A stretch of 64,000 nucleotides of DNA from Haplodiscus bocki (Eukaryota), in the NCBI GenBank assembly GCA_965655095.1, contig OZ296659.1, positions 9,486,001-9,550,000 of the forward strand, written 5' to 3'. The notes beneath the pieces were generated by a model. That model made no database searches. It was not told the DNA's origin and worked only from the letters and a program-made list of their open reading frames with translations. Of the stretch, positions 60,950-64,000 are shown piece by piece. The stretch's first letter is position 1. Every line of letters begins with the position of its first letter. The position numbers were made by a program, and so were the translations under genes.

Positions 60950-62300
60950 TTTTTCAAGGACACAAATTTGCCTGGAAAGTTACCAAACCCCCAGAGGCAC
61001 TCTGAATTGATCTGAAAATATCGATCTTATCCTTACCCTCATTGATGATTGCAATGTCTTTCAGAAACTTGGTCATTTTTGACTTCTCAAGGTTTTTCTT
61101 CTGTGAAGTTGAAGGTCGTTGTTTCATTGAATGTTTTCTCAATAGTCTCTATAGCAACACTTGGCACTCGTTCAATTCCTTTGAAATGTTAGCTGAATGT
61201 AACAGCTTCCTCTAGGACATCCAAAAGTTGTCTTCTCGTTCTACGTACATTCCGGTTGAAACTGAAGTTGAGCACTGTGCAGAAACAATCTACTAACTGA
61301 TACTTGAACGGAACGTCGTTCAAGTTGTCAAAAAACTATTTCACACCCTCTTTGCAGAGAGTAAGCAGTTTTAGCGCGGACCATACAGGAAACGCAACTT
61401 TGGAATCTGATCTACAACGCAATAACGGTGGGAAATTAAAGAATTTTCATGTTTATCTGCAAGAATAAAAAAAATATTCTCTGGGTAGTTTGAACAGAAA
61501 TTGGTCAGTGCTTTTAGCATAAAATCAGCCACCCTCTATGTAAAACTGTCCACTCAAGTGATTTCCAATCAACAAATGACTTGATTGATATAAAAACAGC
61601 CAACCTAAAACCTACATTTACTTTTATGTGCACAATTTTCAGATTTTGCAGGAAAAAGAAATTCTATGGACCAATCATCATCCAAAAGTTTCGCTGATTT
61701 AAATCACTAGTATCAACTATATAAACTAGTTCCGTAAATTGTTGGGAGTCAGAAACAATCAACATACGGCAAGAAAAGCGTGGAGGAGAGACCACGTCTT
61801 TGATCGTTAATTGAAGAAATTGGACTTAAGATGTGAAAAAAAACCGCTTCCATATATGGATATCAACCCGACCGACTTGCACTACATAACTTGAAAGTTG
61901 TGCGGTATGTTTTCTTACCGGTCAACGTAGCAGAGTTCGGTCTTTTAATAGAAGGTACAGAGACTACTACTGGATAGATTACCCCGGTGAAAAAGGCTTG
62001 AAGGGTACTTTGTCATTTGTTACTTGCAAGAAAACAAAATCCAGCTTTCAGGAGAAGTTAATTCTTCTTTAGCATCTCACTGTTGTCAACAAACAATGCA
62101 GTCGAAATTCAACAATCATTTGGGAAAACTGAAGAAAAAAAGTTTGGTCTGAGAAGTTGTTGAGGACGTAGGACACTGAATATAACGAAGTGTCTCATTT
62201 GAACTTCTCCTCGTATGCCATCCAAAACTGCTTCTTCTAGTTTGTACTCCACATTTGTTACAAGTAACTTTTTCGTTGCGAGTCAGACCGGTCATGTTAC
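60950..62300 (-). mobile_element. Relic of the N-terminal region of a second, different Polinton-type pPolB
   Basis: M..L.RNEKVTCNKCG.QT.....WH.RR.....IQCPT is a decayed tandem C2H2 start, with further decayed frames to ~60950. Recognition is from memory of the family. Confidence 0.4.
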
Positions 62301-63039
62301 TAATGATTGATTGACAGGATAATCTCAAACGTAAGAAACGAGTTTTAAAAGAACCAAACAAAGTGTAGAATTGTAAGAGTGATAATGACGGTTAAATAGG
62401 GGCAAATGATTGTATTTAAGTTATTACTACATAAGGAGAGAAGAAAGTCCCAAAAACAGAAAAATGTTTGAACATAACCAAAAAAGGAACATTCACGAGA
62501 AACTATCATAAAAATTGGTCTGGTTCCCATGAAATCAAGCACAATGGTTAATATCAATCAATCTTTCCATCTCCAATACCGATGACAAGAGGCGAAGAAA
62601 ACTTATCATGTCCGAATTTTAACTCTGTAATAGCGATAGTCTGTCTGAAAAAAGCAGCTATGTGGATCAACGAGCCTCCGTTGTGGTGACAGACTGTCTG
62701 CAAAAGTCTCTCACGTAGAACAAAAACCCCAAGCAAGGAGAAAGATTTTCTGAGTAACTTAATTTGGTCAACAAGCTAAATATCGTTTCAATTGTCACAG
62801 AAAACATCCTCCATAAAAGAAACGAGATTTGTTTGGGAAAAAAAAATTTAGTCAAAATTTGGAATTTTAGGATCACAGACTCAAAGAAGTATCGATGTGA
62901 ACTGTTGCTGTACACCAACATGCAAAACCTACTGAACACAATATTTTCTCCAGCTACTAATACATTGTGTTACATTGTACATTACTGTACAAATCAAAAA
63001 AATTCCCTCTTCATAATGTGATATTTAAAAACTGATACT

Positions 63040-63560
63040 TCCAGATCTGACACTTTTTGAAATCATTCATCGAAAAACTGAAGCGTTGTAAAAAGTCGAT
63101 TTCAAAATCTAACGCGTTGTACCTTTATGAATTGAAAATTTGACACGCTGTAAAATTCTGAATCCTAAACCTGACACGTTGTAAAGATTTTAATGCAAAA
63201 ACTGACACGTTGTAAAAACATTCAGTCAAAATCATATTTTTTAAGAAAAGACGAAAATTGAAAAGTATGTCATTTTTACGGAGTAAAATGATCAAAAACG
63301 TGATTCTTTGGTTGCAAAAGTTTCTTTTCAGAATCTGACACTTTTTTAATTTATTGTTCTTAAAGCTGACCAGTTGCAAATTTTTTAATTCAAAATCTAA
63401 AGCCTGGTACAAAATCAATACAAAATCTGACGCGTTGTAAAAAATTGATCCAAAATTGAACACCTTGTAAAACTTTTGACTGAAAACCTGACACGTTGTA
63501 AGAGTTCGAATTAAAATCTGACGTGCCTAAAAATTTCTGATTCCAAGTCTGATTTTTGGT
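63040..63560. repeat. Degenerate ~28-bp satellite (AAATCTGACACGTTGTAAAA core)
   Basis: More than 10 copies of the CTGACACGTTGTAAAA-like core. Confidence 0.85.
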
Positions 63561-64000
63561 TTAGTTTTTGGGTTCTCACTGACTGATTACTTCTGTTCCT
63601 AAGAATCAAAAAACTTGGAGCACAGAACAGAAATAAAAAGACTCTTTCTGGTTTTTCACGTAAGAGTTGGGAGTCGCTTGTAACATAGCAGCAACCGTCT
63701 GATTGTTGGAAATATTGTCTCAACGATTGACACCGGAAAACAAAAAACATGAAAAATTCCAGCAAAAGTCCAAACAAGGAAATATCTTAAACATATGGAG
63801 TGCGCTGTCTCTTCGACCAAACAAGGAAAAGTTGTCCATATAAGGTAGGTATGCAGTGTTTGAAATTGTATAATAGCCGCTACTTGCTACTCTGAAAAAT
63901 CTTTCCTTAACAATTGTTCACAAAAACAGCAACTTTCTTGTTCCAGCTGCCAACGTACCCACTGTTGAAATTTCATACAGAGACCTGCCTACGATCAGAA

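Noticed and set aside
57400-64000. Upstream DEG/ENaC exons (HG motif, TM1, FPxVTxC)
   Set aside because: No convincing motif with splice sites was found by eye. They probably lie beyond the window or were missed.

Overview
AT-rich, repeat-dense animal (eukaryotic) genomic DNA with spliceosomal introns and one 165-N assembly gap. It is not prokaryotic, so most short ORFs in the track are noise. Three host genes are visible: a class-I eIF4E (+, four exons at 5335-12638, first exon not found in the window), a NOC4/NOC4L-like CBF/Mak21 gene (+, 17370-18966), and the 3' two exons of a DEG/ENaC channel (-, 55825-57390). The centre holds a ~13.9 kb, TIR-bounded, decayed but architecturally complete Polinton/Maverick (adintovirus-like endogenous virus, ~19965-33875). 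It has protein-primed PolB on +, and on - a packaging ATPase, rve integrase, penton, a pVI-like/Arg-rich core protein, major capsid protein and adenain protease. It appears to be inserted into an older Ty3/Gypsy pol. The most unusual observations lie inside this element: (i) a degenerate ORF next to the right TIR with the three-motif layout of an HUH (rolling-circle/hairpin Rep) endonuclease, and (ii) two ~67-68 nt GT-AG segments in the PolB gene whose removal restores frame, suggesting spliceosomal introns in a viral polymerase. The rest of the window is decayed CR1/L2-type LINEs, Ty3/Gypsy and BEL/Pao relics, a non-autonomous Helitron with canonical ends, fragments of a second Polinton family and minisatellites. 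All homology calls come from manual motif reading across stops and frameshifts. No database searches were run, and relic boundaries are approximate.
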